The position numbers and the translations under genes are program-made. From an uncultured delta proteobacterium (lineage in GTDB: Bacteria; Desulfobacterota; Binatia; UBA9968): DNA of 64,000 nucleotides. The stretch is from the NCBI GenBank assembly GCA_963745035.1, contig CAVUVW010000013.1, positions 1,344,001-1,408,000 of the forward strand, in the 5' to 3' direction. Positions 21,841 to 31,795 of this stretch are shown here, piece by piece. The notes under the pieces are model-generated. The model did not search any database and was not told the DNA's origin. It worked only from the letters and a program-made list of their open reading frames with translations. Positions within the stretch are counted from its first letter, which is position 1. Each line of letters opens with the position of its first letter.

Positions 21841-21864
21841 ATACCCATCAGCCTACCCTTAAAC
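21841..21864 (-). promoter_or_regulatory. SigB-consensus promoter upstream of rsbR
   Basis: Minus strand GTTTAA-gggtaggctgat(12)-GGGTAT, ~70 bp before the rsbR ATG. Confidence 0.5.
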
Positions 21865-22094
21865 TTCTCCCGATTTCAATATGGGCTGAAATTTCGCCGA
21901 CGCGTCGCGCGAAACTGCCGGGTCTCCGCGGCCGGAGCCCGCCCGGATTCCCGCCGGTCCGCTCTGTTCGATTTCGATCCATAGCCGCTCGGACGCCTTT
22001 GACGATCGCCGCGAGCGCGCAACCGCTATTTTTGCGCAACGATTCGGGCGCGTGATTGACTTAAAGTTTCTGAATTGTTAGAGGCATAACGTCT

Positions 22095-22433
22095 GTGAAA
22101 CATTCGCTTGTCTCCAGTCTGTTACTAGTTCTTGTCGCGCTGGGTTTTCTCGGCGCGCAAGCGCCCGCACTAGCGCCGGCAGAGTCGGCCCGCGAGGAAA
22201 TACCCTCGGAAGAACGAGAAGAACAAGCTCTGAGAAACTCAACGTCGAGGCGAGCGCAAACTCGAGCGAAGGAAAGCCGCCAACTTTCCTGGATCTTTCG
22301 GAGCTCATGCGCTCCGCAGTGGATATGGCGGGTTTGGCCAGGATGTTGCGCTCTGTTGTCAAATCGTCTTTCTATCCGGGCAATCTGCACCTTCTTCAGG
22401 TCCGCCGCATTTAACAATTGCCTTTCTCCGTAA
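22095..22433 (+). CDS. Small signal-peptide protein / possible leader peptide upstream of terC
   Basis: Hydrophobic N-terminus then EEIPSEEREE; an alternative frame ends FYPGNLHLLQVRRI* at 22414. Confidence 0.4.
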   Translation: MKHSLVSSLLLVLVALGFLGAQAPALAPAESAREEIPSEEREEQALRNSTSRRAQTRAKESRQLSWIFRSSCAPQWIWRVWPGCCALLSNRLSIRAICTFFRSAAFNNCLSP

Positions 22434-22530
22434 GATTTCGATTCGCTGGGTCGGCGACCCAATCGTCGGGAGAATCAGAAATCCTATACTAAAATCGACG
22501 TCGCCGATAATGACGTGAAGGGATATACGA

Positions 22531-23484
22531 ATGGATTCGCAAGTGTTCCTCTGGGTGATTTTTAACGTTTTTGTTTTAGGCATACTGGCCCTCGATCTGC
22601 TGGTGCTCCATCGCCATGCCCACACCGTTTCGCTGCGCGAGGCCCTGGCTTGGAGCTGTGTCTGGGTGTCCTTGGCCTTGGTTTTTTGCCTGGGGATTTA
22701 CTTATTCCATGGCGCGGAGAAAGCCTTGGAGTTTCTCACCGGCTACGTGATCGAGTGGTCGTTGAGCGTGGATAATCTTTTCGTTTTCCTGGTCATCTTC
22801 TCCTACTTCGCAGTTCCGCCTATCTATCAGCACCGCGTGCTCTTCTGGGGTATCTTGGGCGCTTTGGTTTTGCGCGCCACTTTTATCGCCACCGGATCGG
22901 CGCTGCTGGCCAACTTTCACTGGATGATTTACGTTTTCGGCGGTTTTCTCATCTTTACCGGCATCAAATTGCTGTGCGCCGGGGAAGAGAAGATCGAACC
23001 GGAAAAAAACCCGGCCGTCCGCATCGTCCGCCGTTTCATGAAGATAACCGCGGAGTACCATGGCCAACAATTCTTCGTTCGCAAAGACGGCGCGCTGTGG
23101 GCCACCCCTCTCTTCCTGGTGCTCGTGGTCGTCGAGACCACCGATGTGATCTTCGCCGTCGATTCCATCCCGGCCATCTTCGCGATCACGTTGGACCCTT
23201 TCATCGTCTATACGTCAAACGTCTTTGCCATTCTCGGCCTGCGCGCGCTTTTCTTCCTTCTCGCCGGAGTCATGGAGATGTTCCACTACCTGAGGGTGGG
23301 CTTATCGTTCGTCCTCTGCTTCGTCGGCGCAAAAATGCTGCTGGCTGATTTTTACAAAATTCCGATCGGCGTATCTCTCGGTGTCGTCGCCGGCATCCTG
23401 ATTCTTTCTATCGTCGCCTCCATACTGAAACAACGCAGGGAGCAGCATCATGAAGCACTGCAAAAGCAGAGGCAAAGCCCGTAG
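22531..23484 (+). CDS. TerC/Alx family metal-homeostasis membrane protein
   Basis: GYVIEWSLSVDNLFVF, ETTDVIFAVDSIPA, YTSNVFAILGLRAL. Confidence 0.92.
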   Translation: MDSQVFLWVIFNVFVLGILALDLLVLHRHAHTVSLREALAWSCVWVSLALVFCLGIYLFHGAEKALEFLTGYVIEWSLSVDNLFVFLVIFSYFAVPPIYQHRVLFWGILGALVLRATFIATGSALLANFHWMIYVFGGFLIFTGIKLLCAGEEKIEPEKNPAVRIVRRFMKITAEYHGQQFFVRKDGALWATPLFLVLVVVETTDVIFAVDSIPAIFAITLDPFIVYTSNVFAILGLRALFFLLAGVMEMFHYLRVGLSFVLCFVGAKMLLADFYKIPIGVSLGVVAGILILSIVASILKQRREQHHEALQKQRQSP

Positions 23485-23603
23485 ACTGGCATGCGCCACC
23501 GCAATCTGGCGATCCCGTATCGCACTGAAACTATCTTAGATCGGGGGCCGCTTGGGACGAGATAGTTTGACCCAAGAACGATGAAAAACGAGAAAGGCGG
23601 TTT

Positions 23604-24662
23604 CTAGCTTCCCGGCTTGTACCAAAATTCCGGATTGGTTTTGAAAATGTTCTTGGGAATCTTCGCGTAGACGAGATTGACCACGTCAACGGCTTCGCCA
23701 ATGCCGAGATCGATCGCCAGGCTGGCGAGCGCGTAAGCGTCGGCGGCGGTCATGCCCTTCTCGGCTTGGAGAAAATCCACCGCTTCCTGAAGCGCGATGC
23801 GCGTCGCGACGTTCAGATCGACGTCGAGCCCGGTCGTGAGATAGTCGGTGGCCGTCTCGACCCGCGGCTGCTTGATCGTTTTGTTTTTGTGCACGATGAA
23901 TTGCAGGGTCGGCTTGAGCGAAATCTCGATGGCGCCGCCGTCGACTTCGCCGTCGCCCTGTACCGCGTGGCCGTCGCCGGTGAAAAATTGCCCGCCTTTG
24001 TTGAACACCGGCAGGAACAGCGACGAACCTACGCCGCAGTACTTGAGATCGATATTGCCGCCCCAGGCGCCCGGCGGGGTGGATGAGACCAACCCCAGGC
24101 TGGTGGGCGGCGAGACCGCCATGATGCCCATGAACGGTTGGAGCGGGATTTCGATCTCGCCGGAAAATAGCGCCACCCGCCGCTCGAGATCGAGCCGAAT
24201 CAACTTCGCGCTCGGCTCGCGCAGCAGTTGCGGCAGCACTCCTTTGCCCGGTCCGGTATTGTTGACGCCGTAGGGAACGCGAAACTTGATGTCGCGCACG
24301 CGCACTTCCAAAGTATCACCGGGCTCGGCGCCCTCGACGTAAATCGGCCCGGTGAGAATATGCACGCTCGCGCCTTTGGGCCGCACTGCTTCGGCGAAAA
24401 TGGTTTTGGCGTCGGCCAGGACTTCGTTGGTGGGAATGCCGTAGGCTGCGAAAAATTTTTCCGGATCTTTGCTCGTCGTCAGGCCCTGGTGGGACAACGC
24501 TTCGATCTCGACGACTTGGCCCGACCGCACGGTGAGCGCCGGCGTGAGGTTGGCGGCGATGTAACCCCACAAAACCGTGTCGGGAGTGGAGTGCAGGACG
24601 GCGTCGGCCTGAACAGGCGGGCGAGCGGGCTGACCGTCATCGGAGCTTTGTCTTGGCGGCAT
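23604..24662 (-). CDS. Acetamidase/formamidase family protein
   Basis: HILTGPIYVEGAEPGD, GGNID, GDGHAVQGDGEV. Confidence 0.88.
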   Translation of the reverse strand: MPPRQSSDDGQPARPPVQADAVLHSTPDTVLWGYIAANLTPALTVRSGQVVEIEALSHQGLTTSKDPEKFFAAYGIPTNEVLADAKTIFAEAVRPKGASVHILTGPIYVEGAEPGDTLEVRVRDIKFRVPYGVNNTGPGKGVLPQLLREPSAKLIRLDLERRVALFSGEIEIPLQPFMGIMAVSPPTSLGLVSSTPPGAWGGNIDLKYCGVGSSLFLPVFNKGGQFFTGDGHAVQGDGEVDGGAIEISLKPTLQFIVHKNKTIKQPRVETATDYLTTGLDVDLNVATRIALQEAVDFLQAEKGMTAADAYALASLAIDLGIGEAVDVVNLVYAKIPKNIFKTNPEFWYKPGS

Positions 24663-24730
24663 GATTGGAGCCCTGCAAAAGTCGGCGATGCGCGCGGCCA
24701 AAATTCGGTGCGCGCTTGCTCTACGGAAGC

Positions 24731-25477
24731 TTAGTCGCGAATCGCCAGCGCGCCGCCGTCAACCGGCAGATCGACGGCGTAGATAAACTCGGACTCGTCC
24801 GAAGCCAGAAACACCGCCGCCTTGGCGATATCCATCGGCACGCCGCGCCGGCCAGCGAGATTTTTCACGAAACGATTTTCCGGCATGTCCTGCTGCCCCA
24901 CCGGCGAGCCGATGCGATTGGGCGAGATCGAGTTGACCCGGATGCCTTCGGGCGCAAGCTGGACGGCGATTGAGCGGGTCAGGTTGAGCACGCCGGCTTT
25001 GGCCGTCGTGTACGCCGTCGCTTCCTTGCGCCCCCAGTGCCCGGAGGTGGAGGCGATGTTGATGATCCTGCCTTTGCGCTTCTGCTCGATCATCGCCTTG
25101 GCCGCCGCCCGCGTGCAGTACCACACGCTGCGCAGGCAGACGTTCATCGTCCGGTCCCACTCTTCTTCGGTAATATCGAAAATGGTCTTGTGGTCCGTCC
25201 ACGCGGCGTTGTTGACCAGGATATCGACGCCGCCGAAGTGCTTCACGACGGTTTGCACCATGGCGTCCACCGCCGACGGCGAAGACACGTCGCAGACGAC
25301 CGCGAGCGCTTTGCCGCCGCTCTTGGCGTTGATCTCTTCGGCCACCTTGCTGCCGCGTCCTTGATCCAAGTCCACTACCGCGACTTTGGCGCCCTCTTGA
25401 ACGTACAGCTTGCAGATATCCTCGCCGATGTTGCGGCCCGCGCCGGTAACAATGGCGACTTGATCTTTGAGTCTCAT
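24731..25477 (-). CDS. Short-chain dehydrogenase/reductase
   Basis: TGAGRNIG, NNA, YTTAK catalytic motif. Confidence 0.9.
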   Translation of the reverse strand: MRLKDQVAIVTGAGRNIGEDICKLYVQEGAKVAVVDLDQGRGSKVAEEINAKSGGKALAVVCDVSSPSAVDAMVQTVVKHFGGVDILVNNAAWTDHKTIFDITEEEWDRTMNVCLRSVWYCTRAAAKAMIEQKRKGRIINIASTSGHWGRKEATAYTTAKAGVLNLTRSIAVQLAPEGIRVNSISPNRIGSPVGQQDMPENRFVKNLAGRRGVPMDIAKAAVFLASDESEFIYAVDLPVDGGALAIRD

Positions 25478-25685
25478 GAGTCCTCCGCTTGCAAATCTTT
25501 TTCCGCTGCATAGCAGAAGGCTCCGGAAAGTTCCAGCCTTTCCGGGCTTGAAGGGGTGGCCGAAGCAGTCCGCAAAGGACAGGGCATGTCTACGGCGCGG
25601 ACGACGCGCGCCGCGTGAGAGGTCCGCGGCCAGGGGATTCAGGTGAGTTCGAAGCCGGAGGAGTCGAACGGAATGGATCTCAACG

Positions 25686-26720
25686 TCAAAGACTGACTTT
25701 TTCCGTATAGAGATCTTTCAAAAATTTGCTGCCCTTGAGCTCGTCGAAGAATTTCGGTTCGATGATATCCGACGGCTTTAAATTCTTGGTGCGCTCGTCA
25801 ACGGTCGCGCCGACGTCGACGAAAGCCTGGATGGCTTCGTTGTTCAACTCAGGCAACGGACGAAGCTGCGCGGAAAAAGCATCGTACATGGCGTCGACAC
25901 TGACGCCTTGGTTGCCGGGAAAATACTTCTTGAGAATCGTCAGGCTGTCGCTTCGCTTCGAGACGAAATACTGGATCGCCGCGGCGTAGCCCTTCATGAA
26001 GCGGCGTACGAGGTCCTCTTCTCCCTTGATAAAGGTGCGCGTGGTGATCAGCAGGTCGGTCATCACCGGCACCGACTTTATATCGAGTACTTTAATGCCG
26101 ACCTTCTGCGCCTGGCCGGCCATCTGCTGGTTCAACGGCACGCCTTGCACGAGGTTTTTCTGCAGCGCCAGCGCGCGCGCCGGCGCCAGGCCTGCGGCCA
26201 CCATCTCCACGTCTCGGGAGGGATCCAATCCGGCGCGCCGCAGCATGACGCGAGCCACCAGATCCGATCTCGCCCCCAGCGCGGACACACCGACTTTCTT
26301 TCCCTTGAGATCCTTAACCGAGCCGATCTCCGATCCTACTCCCATGCCGTACTCGTCGAAGCTCACGTGCGAGCCGATCAGCGTGATGTCTGCGCCGCTC
26401 GCCGCCGGCTGCAGCACCGCAAGCGGGTTGCCGAAACCGATCAACAGATCGACGCCGATCAGCGATTGGACGCCCGCCGACAGCGTATCGCGAATCGGCA
26501 GCTCCTCGATCTCGACGCCGTTCTTCTTGAACAGCCCGGCGTCCACGCCGATATAGGCCACCGCCGTGCCGATCTCCCACCCGGCATAGGCAAGCCGCAT
26601 CTTTCGCGGAGTATCCGCGGCCCAAGCCGGCGCGAGCGCGACAAAAAGCGCGGCCACGGCGCAACCGAGGTTGGCGAGCAGCCAGCGTGCCTGAATTTTA
26701 TATGTGCGCATGAATTTCAT
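25686..26720 (-). CDS. NMT1/SsuA-like substrate-binding protein (start uncertain)
   Basis: Signal peptide, GLFKKNGVEIE, DLKGKKVGVS. Confidence 0.82.
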   Translation of the reverse strand: MKFMRTYKIQARWLLANLGCAVAALFVALAPAWAADTPRKMRLAYAGWEIGTAVAYIGVDAGLFKKNGVEIEELPIRDTLSAGVQSLIGVDLLIGFGNPLAVLQPAASGADITLIGSHVSFDEYGMGVGSEIGSVKDLKGKKVGVSALGARSDLVARVMLRRAGLDPSRDVEMVAAGLAPARALALQKNLVQGVPLNQQMAGQAQKVGIKVLDIKSVPVMTDLLITTRTFIKGEEDLVRRFMKGYAAAIQYFVSKRSDSLTILKKYFPGNQGVSVDAMYDAFSAQLRPLPELNNEAIQAFVDVGATVDERTKNLKPSDIIEPKFFDELKGSKFLKDLYTEKVSL

Positions 26721-26901
26721 CATAGCCCACATTATTTTGAGCGCCAAGAGCGCGGTTCTGACTCCACATTGTTCCGCCGCACCGCCCGACAACGATAGCT
26801 CGCCGGCGCCGGCGAAGAACCGCCGTGCGTTTGAATCGATCTGCCGCCGCCGCAGAAGTTTCAATGCGGCTTTTCGTCGAGCCGCTTCGAGCCAAGACTG
26901 A

Positions 26902-26930
26902 TTGCAACGATGGGGAATATCCTCTAGGAT
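26902..26930 (+). promoter_or_regulatory. Putative sigma70 promoter of the ferredoxin gene
   Basis: TTGCAA-N17-TAGGAT. Confidence 0.35.
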
Positions 26931-26983
26931 AAATTCGTTTCACGCCCGAACGAATTTCCTTTTCTTATCGGAGGAGCGGCTTC

Positions 26984-27806
26984 ATGGCGACGATGATTAC
27001 CAACGACTGCATCAACTGCGGCGCTTGCGAGCCCGAGTGCCCGAACAACGCGATTTCGCAGGGCGAGCCGGTGTACGTTATCGATCCGAAACTATGCACG
27101 GAATGCGTCGGTTTTCACGACTATGAAGCTTGCGCGGCGGTCTGTCCCGTCGACGTCTGCGTCACCGATCCGAACAACATCGAAAGCGAAGCGGTGCTGA
27201 TCGCGCGCGCCAAGGAAATCCATCCCGAGACGAGTTTTCCGGAGAATTTTGAATCGCGTTTTCGCAAAGGCCAGGGAAAAGCCGCTCCAGCGGCGGCCCC
27301 GGCCGCTGCGCCGCAGCGCCCAAGCGGCGCCGCCCGCCGCCGCGCCAGCGGCTGCGCCGAGCGCGAGCGCGCCGGCCGACGCGCTCGCCGAAGCCGGCGC
27401 GAATTATATCCAGCTTCCGGCCATCGACTCCTGGGACATCCCGCTGCGTTGTTATAAATGCCGCGAAACGCAAGTCGAAAACGTCAAAAACTTCGCCATC
27501 GGCAACGTGATTTTCTGCCCCCACTGCAACAAGTCCATGGTCGTGCGCGATAACTTGAATTATCACATCCGCACCTCGCTCAAGGACGCCTACGACAACT
27601 GGGAAAAGACCCGGGCCGAGTTTGCCGCGCGCCGCGACCGCGAGCGCGCCGAGTTTCTCGAGCGCCGGGCCAAGGAAGCGCAGGCTTTCGAGGCGCGGCA
27701 GCGGCGCGAGCTGGACGCGATTCGCCGGCAGCTCGACGAGATCGGCGAGAATTACGATGCCGCCGGCAAGCCCTTCAAGAAAGGCTCGCGCTTCGCCTGG
27801 GGTTGA
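26984..27806 (+). CDS. YfhL-type 2[4Fe-4S] ferredoxin probably fused via an Ala/Pro linker to a Zn-ribbon/coiled-coil domain (frameshift near 27310)
   Basis: CINCGACEPECP and CTECVG...CAAVCPVDVC; second frame has CYKC...CPHC and no own ATG start. Confidence 0.7.
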
Positions 27807-27818
27807 TTCTATCTCTCG

Positions 27819-28292
27819 ATGCTCTACCCGTGGCTGCACCTGATCGCCCTGATCGTGTATCTCGGCGCGGTCCTGGGGTTTTGGCTCATGCTGCTGCCCT
27901 CGATGTCGATCCTGGAAAAGCATGAGGATCGGCTGCAGTTTCTCGCCCGCGGTCTCAAATTTTATAACCCGCTTCAGGTCGGCGCCTTGGGCATCGTTCT
28001 GTTCAGCGGCGCTTTCCAGCTCACCGAGCTCAAAGCGATCTATCGCGAGACGTTTATCAAGGAGCTTGGCTACATTTTATTCGTGAAACTGAGCTTCGCT
28101 TTTTTGCTGGTGATCTTCAGCGTCTATCAGGCCTTGGGCATCGGCCACCGGTTGGTCCGGCGCCATGAAAGCGGCGACACCGTCACCGCCGAGCAGTTGA
28201 CCGCGATTATCCGCCGGCTCAAGAGCGCCAACTGGTGCATCCTCGCGCTCGCGGCGATCACCCTGTGGCTCGGGCTGCGCATGCGCCGCTGA
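27819..28292 (+). CDS. 4-TM membrane protein (CopD/DUF4149-like)
   Basis: WLHLIAL N-terminus, four hydrophobic segments, LFVKL motif. Confidence 0.65.
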   Translation: MLYPWLHLIALIVYLGAVLGFWLMLLPSMSILEKHEDRLQFLARGLKFYNPLQVGALGIVLFSGAFQLTELKAIYRETFIKELGYILFVKLSFAFLLVIFSVYQALGIGHRLVRRHESGDTVTAEQLTAIIRRLKSANWCILALAAITLWLGLRMRR

Positions 28293-28362
28293 TTTCCGCT
28301 GGCGCAGTGGCGCGCGATGGTGCTATGAACGTCCCGATAAACCGGATTGAAAGGGACGCGCC

Positions 28363-29313
28363 GTGGCCCATCGCCAACTCAGAATCATTTACCGATCGAA
28401 CTCGCATGCGCCGCTCTGGCTGGTAGCCGACAAGTCGGGCTCCTGGCGCAAGAACGGCCTCGACGTCGACACTTCGCCGCAACTGATCCGCGAAAAGGCG
28501 GTGGAGTCATTGAAGAGCGGCCGGGTCGATCTGATCTCGGGCAATCACCACAATCTCTACGTGCGCAACGCCAAAAACGGTGAGGACTTCGTGCATCTCG
28601 CGCAGGCGACGAACAACTGGACGGAGAACAAGCTGATCGCCGGCCCCGGCATTGGCTCGATTCAGGATCTCCGCGGTAAAAAAGTGGTCGCCGACAAGCT
28701 GAGCTCCCACGCCGGACTCAACGTCTGGCTTTTTCTCAAACAGGAAGGACTCGACGCCGATCGCGGCGACGTCGAGCTGGTCGAGCTGCGCGGCTCCGCG
28801 GAAGAGCGCTGGAGGAAAGTCCTGGCCGGCGAATACGCCGCCACTTTCGTCACTATCCCGCACGACAGCCGCGCCGCCCAGGCCGGCGCTCAGGTGATCG
28901 CCGGCCGCGCCATTCCGATGATCCGCGGCGTCACTTTGACCACCACCATGACCTTCGTGCGCGCTCATTCCGACGAAATCCGCCTGCTCACACGCGGTTT
29001 CGTCGACGCAATTCATTTTTTTCTGACCCGGCCCGAGGAGACTTTGGAGATCCTGAACGAGCACGCCCGTCCGATCTTGAAGCTCCAATCGGACCAGGAA
29101 GTGGAAACTTTATACGCGGAATGGGCGCAATCGCTCGAGCGCAAACCGTATCCGGCGCTGCCGGCGATCGCCAACGTCTTCCAGCTCGCGCTCCGGCGCA
29201 ACCCGGAGATCGCCGGCTACAACCCGCTCGCGCTCTGGGACACGCACTTTGTCCGCGAGCTCGACGACAGCGGCTACATCGACGGGCTCTACAATAAAAA
29301 AGGCGGAGCTTAG
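28363..29313 (+). CDS. NMT1/SsuA-like binding-fold protein lacking a signal peptide
   Basis: WRKNGLDVD, DLRGKKV, WDTHFVRELDDSGYID; basic, non-hydrophobic N-terminus. Confidence 0.78.
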   Translation: MAHRQLRIIYRSNSHAPLWLVADKSGSWRKNGLDVDTSPQLIREKAVESLKSGRVDLISGNHHNLYVRNAKNGEDFVHLAQATNNWTENKLIAGPGIGSIQDLRGKKVVADKLSSHAGLNVWLFLKQEGLDADRGDVELVELRGSAEERWRKVLAGEYAATFVTIPHDSRAAQAGAQVIAGRAIPMIRGVTLTTTMTFVRAHSDEIRLLTRGFVDAIHFFLTRPEETLEILNEHARPILKLQSDQEVETLYAEWAQSLERKPYPALPAIANVFQLALRRNPEIAGYNPLALWDTHFVRELDDSGYIDGLYNKKGGA

Positions 29314-29326
29314 CTCCGCCTTTTTT
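29296..29326. terminator. Bidirectional rho-independent terminator
   Basis: AAAAAA-GGCGGAGCT-T-AGCTCCGCC-TTTTTT between convergent genes. Confidence 0.85.
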
Positions 29327-29353
29327 GTTCACACGCGATTTAGCTCGAGCGCT

Positions 29354-30130
29354 CTAGCGCTGGCTGAAGCGATTCGACGGCTGCTCCTGCGAGGACGAGC
29401 TCGGCGCTGGCGGCTGTTGCTGCTGGCCGGACCCAGCCGGCGTGGCGGCCATGGCCGGCTGCGAGGTGATGCCCTCGCGATAGACGAGGATCTCGACGCG
29501 CCGGTTCTTTGCGCGACCCTGCGGGTTGCTGTTATCCGACGTCGGATTGCTCTCGCCGTAGGAAACCGGCACCACCCGTATCGGATCGAGCCTTTTCTGC
29601 GTGATCAAATAGCGGCTGACCGCGTCGGCGCGCCGTTTGCCAAGATCGTAGTTATAATGTTCGTTGCCGACATTGTCCGTATGTCCCGCCACCACGAACA
29701 TCGCGCCTTCACCCGCATCGCCTTTAAGATCGCTCAGAAATCCATCGATCTCGCGCTGCGCGGAGGCCGGCAAATTCGAGGAATTGAACGCGAAGTTCGT
29801 TCCGTCCTTCATGTCGATGACCAGTTTGCGCTCCAACCGTAGATTCGAGATCGCGTTAAGGGCGCGATCCGCCTTGGCGTCCACGTCACCCAAACGGCCC
29901 TCGAACTGGCCAAGCTTGCCTTCGACTCCGCTCATCCGCCCGCTGAGGCTGGCAATCTGGCCGTCGGTCTTGTCCAGACGGCCTTCGGACTGCGTCACCC
30001 GGCCCGATATCGGGTCGGTATGCTCTCTCACCCAATCCCGCGTCGCAAGACACCCCTGCGCCAATAACATGGAGCTCACGATGCCGGCTCCGATCAGATA
30101 TTTTGCCCCAAGAGAGGCTACGCCATTCAT
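29354..30130 (-). CDS. OmpA-family lipoprotein with coiled-coil
   Basis: LAQGC lipobox, GHTDNVG...LGKRRADAV, GRAKNRRVEI. Confidence 0.9.
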   Translation of the reverse strand: MNGVASLGAKYLIGAGIVSSMLLAQGCLATRDWVREHTDPISGRVTQSEGRLDKTDGQIASLSGRMSGVEGKLGQFEGRLGDVDAKADRALNAISNLRLERKLVIDMKDGTNFAFNSSNLPASAQREIDGFLSDLKGDAGEGAMFVVAGHTDNVGNEHYNYDLGKRRADAVSRYLITQKRLDPIRVVPVSYGESNPTSDNSNPQGRAKNRRVEILVYREGITSQPAMAATPAGSGQQQQPPAPSSSSQEQPSNRFSQR

Positions 30131-30211
30131 AAATCCTCCTTCATCGGTTGAATGTTGATAACACGACGCCAATTTGTTTTTCGTTACAGCCGGCCCGCCT
30201 GCGCAGCCCTT

Positions 30212-31474
30212 TTACATCGGTAACCGCACGACGAATTCTGCAGCCTCTCCGGGACGGCTTTTCAAGTAAACATCACCTCCGGCATTGTCCAGATATTCGC
30301 GCACCCGCACCCACTCGCCGCTCTGTTCATCGCGCGCGCCCTCCAATCGCGACGCATCTTCAAACAGCGCTTTCAATCGATCCGCTACTCGATTCGATCC
30401 CATTCCTTTCACGATCAATTCCAGATCCGCCGCGCCGCGCCGCACGGTCAGCCGCACGGTCTCATTGCGTGTCGCAAGTGCGGCGTTGTCGACGAGCGCG
30501 CTGAGGATGCCTTTCACCCGGTCGGGAATTACCGCCGCGCCACTCGGCGAGTCCGGCGCGTAGACCACCTCGACTTCGATGCCCCGTTCCTGGGCCGTGC
30601 GTTGGCACGAAGCGAGCGATTGGCTCACCACGCTCGCGATGTCGTCTGCGCCCACCTGCGCAGGTCCGCCTTCCTCGGCCGCCGAGTCGGGCAGAACGCT
30701 CAGCCGCTCCAGCACTTGCTGAACGGCGGCTTCGATGCCTTCGAGATGCGCGTCGTGTCCGGCGCCGGGAACGTCTTTTTTTAGTGCATTGCGGAGCAAC
30801 GCCGCGGTGCCAGTGATGACTTGCAGCGCGTTTTTGATGCCATGAGAAGCCGCGGCGAGCTTTTGCTGGTGAAACTTGCGCGCCGCGAGATCGCGCACCA
30901 CCCAACTCAGCTCGCCCGCCAAAGCCTGGAGCAGGAAAAGCTCGATCGCCGTATAATTCCGCGCGCGCGCATGGCCGAGCATCAAGAATCCGAAAGAAGG
31001 GCCGGTGGGCGCTCTCAAGGGCACCACCACCGTGCTGCGAAAGCCGAGGCCGATGCCGGCGTCCTTCCAGGTCACCGGAGCGCGGGAGTTTGCGAGCGAT
31101 TCGAGGCACCGCCGCGAAAAATCCTGCGGCAGTTGGCCGAGCCCTGCTTCAGGCACACCGACTTCAACCAGAGTCTCTTCGCTGACGCTCAGCACGCCGA
31201 AACAGAAATCGACGCCGAAATAGCGCCGCAGGCGCGCCAGGAAATGGGTCAACAGGAGCTTTTCATCGTTGGTTCGTTGGGTCCAAAAAAAAGCGCGCAC
31301 TAGGTTGGCGCGCTCCCACATTTTGAGAAACAATTCCCAGTCGCCCGAAGGCTGCTTTGGGCCGCTAAAGATCGGCATGGTGGCGTTCACGAAGGCGTTT
31401 TCCCGGGGGCTGCAACCGCCGGTATCCGCATCGGCGGACATACTCGGGAAATTCACAGGCTGCACTTTACTCAA
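30212..31474 (-). CDS. GAF domain + degenerate histidine-kinase-like protein
   Basis: GAF (VVVPL...FGFLMLG); SHGIKNAL H-box; LVDNA N-box; G boxes eroded. Confidence 0.6.
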   Translation of the reverse strand: MSKVQPVNFPSMSADADTGGCSPRENAFVNATMPIFSGPKQPSGDWELFLKMWERANLVRAFFWTQRTNDEKLLLTHFLARLRRYFGVDFCFGVLSVSEETLVEVGVPEAGLGQLPQDFSRRCLESLANSRAPVTWKDAGIGLGFRSTVVVPLRAPTGPSFGFLMLGHARARNYTAIELFLLQALAGELSWVVRDLAARKFHQQKLAAASHGIKNALQVITGTAALLRNALKKDVPGAGHDAHLEGIEAAVQQVLERLSVLPDSAAEEGGPAQVGADDIASVVSQSLASCQRTAQERGIEVEVVYAPDSPSGAAVIPDRVKGILSALVDNAALATRNETVRLTVRRGAADLELIVKGMGSNRVADRLKALFEDASRLEGARDEQSGEWVRVREYLDNAGGDVYLKSRPGEAAEFVVRLPM

Positions 31475-31795
31475 ATTTCATACCATGAGCGCTATTCCCG
31501 TAATATTTAGCAGTTCGTGGAAGTTACAATGAATTTGTCAAAAACCCAGGAAAAAGTTGACGCCAATCTCCTACACAGGTGAAGGGTTGACCGGGGGACT
31601 GTCGCGGAATTGCGCAAGGTGGGATTGTGCCGTGCTACTGCGCGAATCGTTGCTCTCTAAGCCGTTGATTTTACCGCGTATACGCTCAATTTTCGCGTTC
31701 GTTCTCGTCCGCTGCAATCGACCCCGGCGCCGATCTGCGTCCACGACCGCATGGCCAGCCGCATTGCCAATGAACGCCCCTTTTCCGCGCCCCTG

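Noticed and set aside
22433-22530. yybP-ykoY riboswitch before terC
   Set aside because: The conserved GGGGAGUA core is not visible
25500-25685. GC-rich intergenic stretch as a structured ncRNA
   Set aside because: No recognisable family motif by eye; needs an Infernal search
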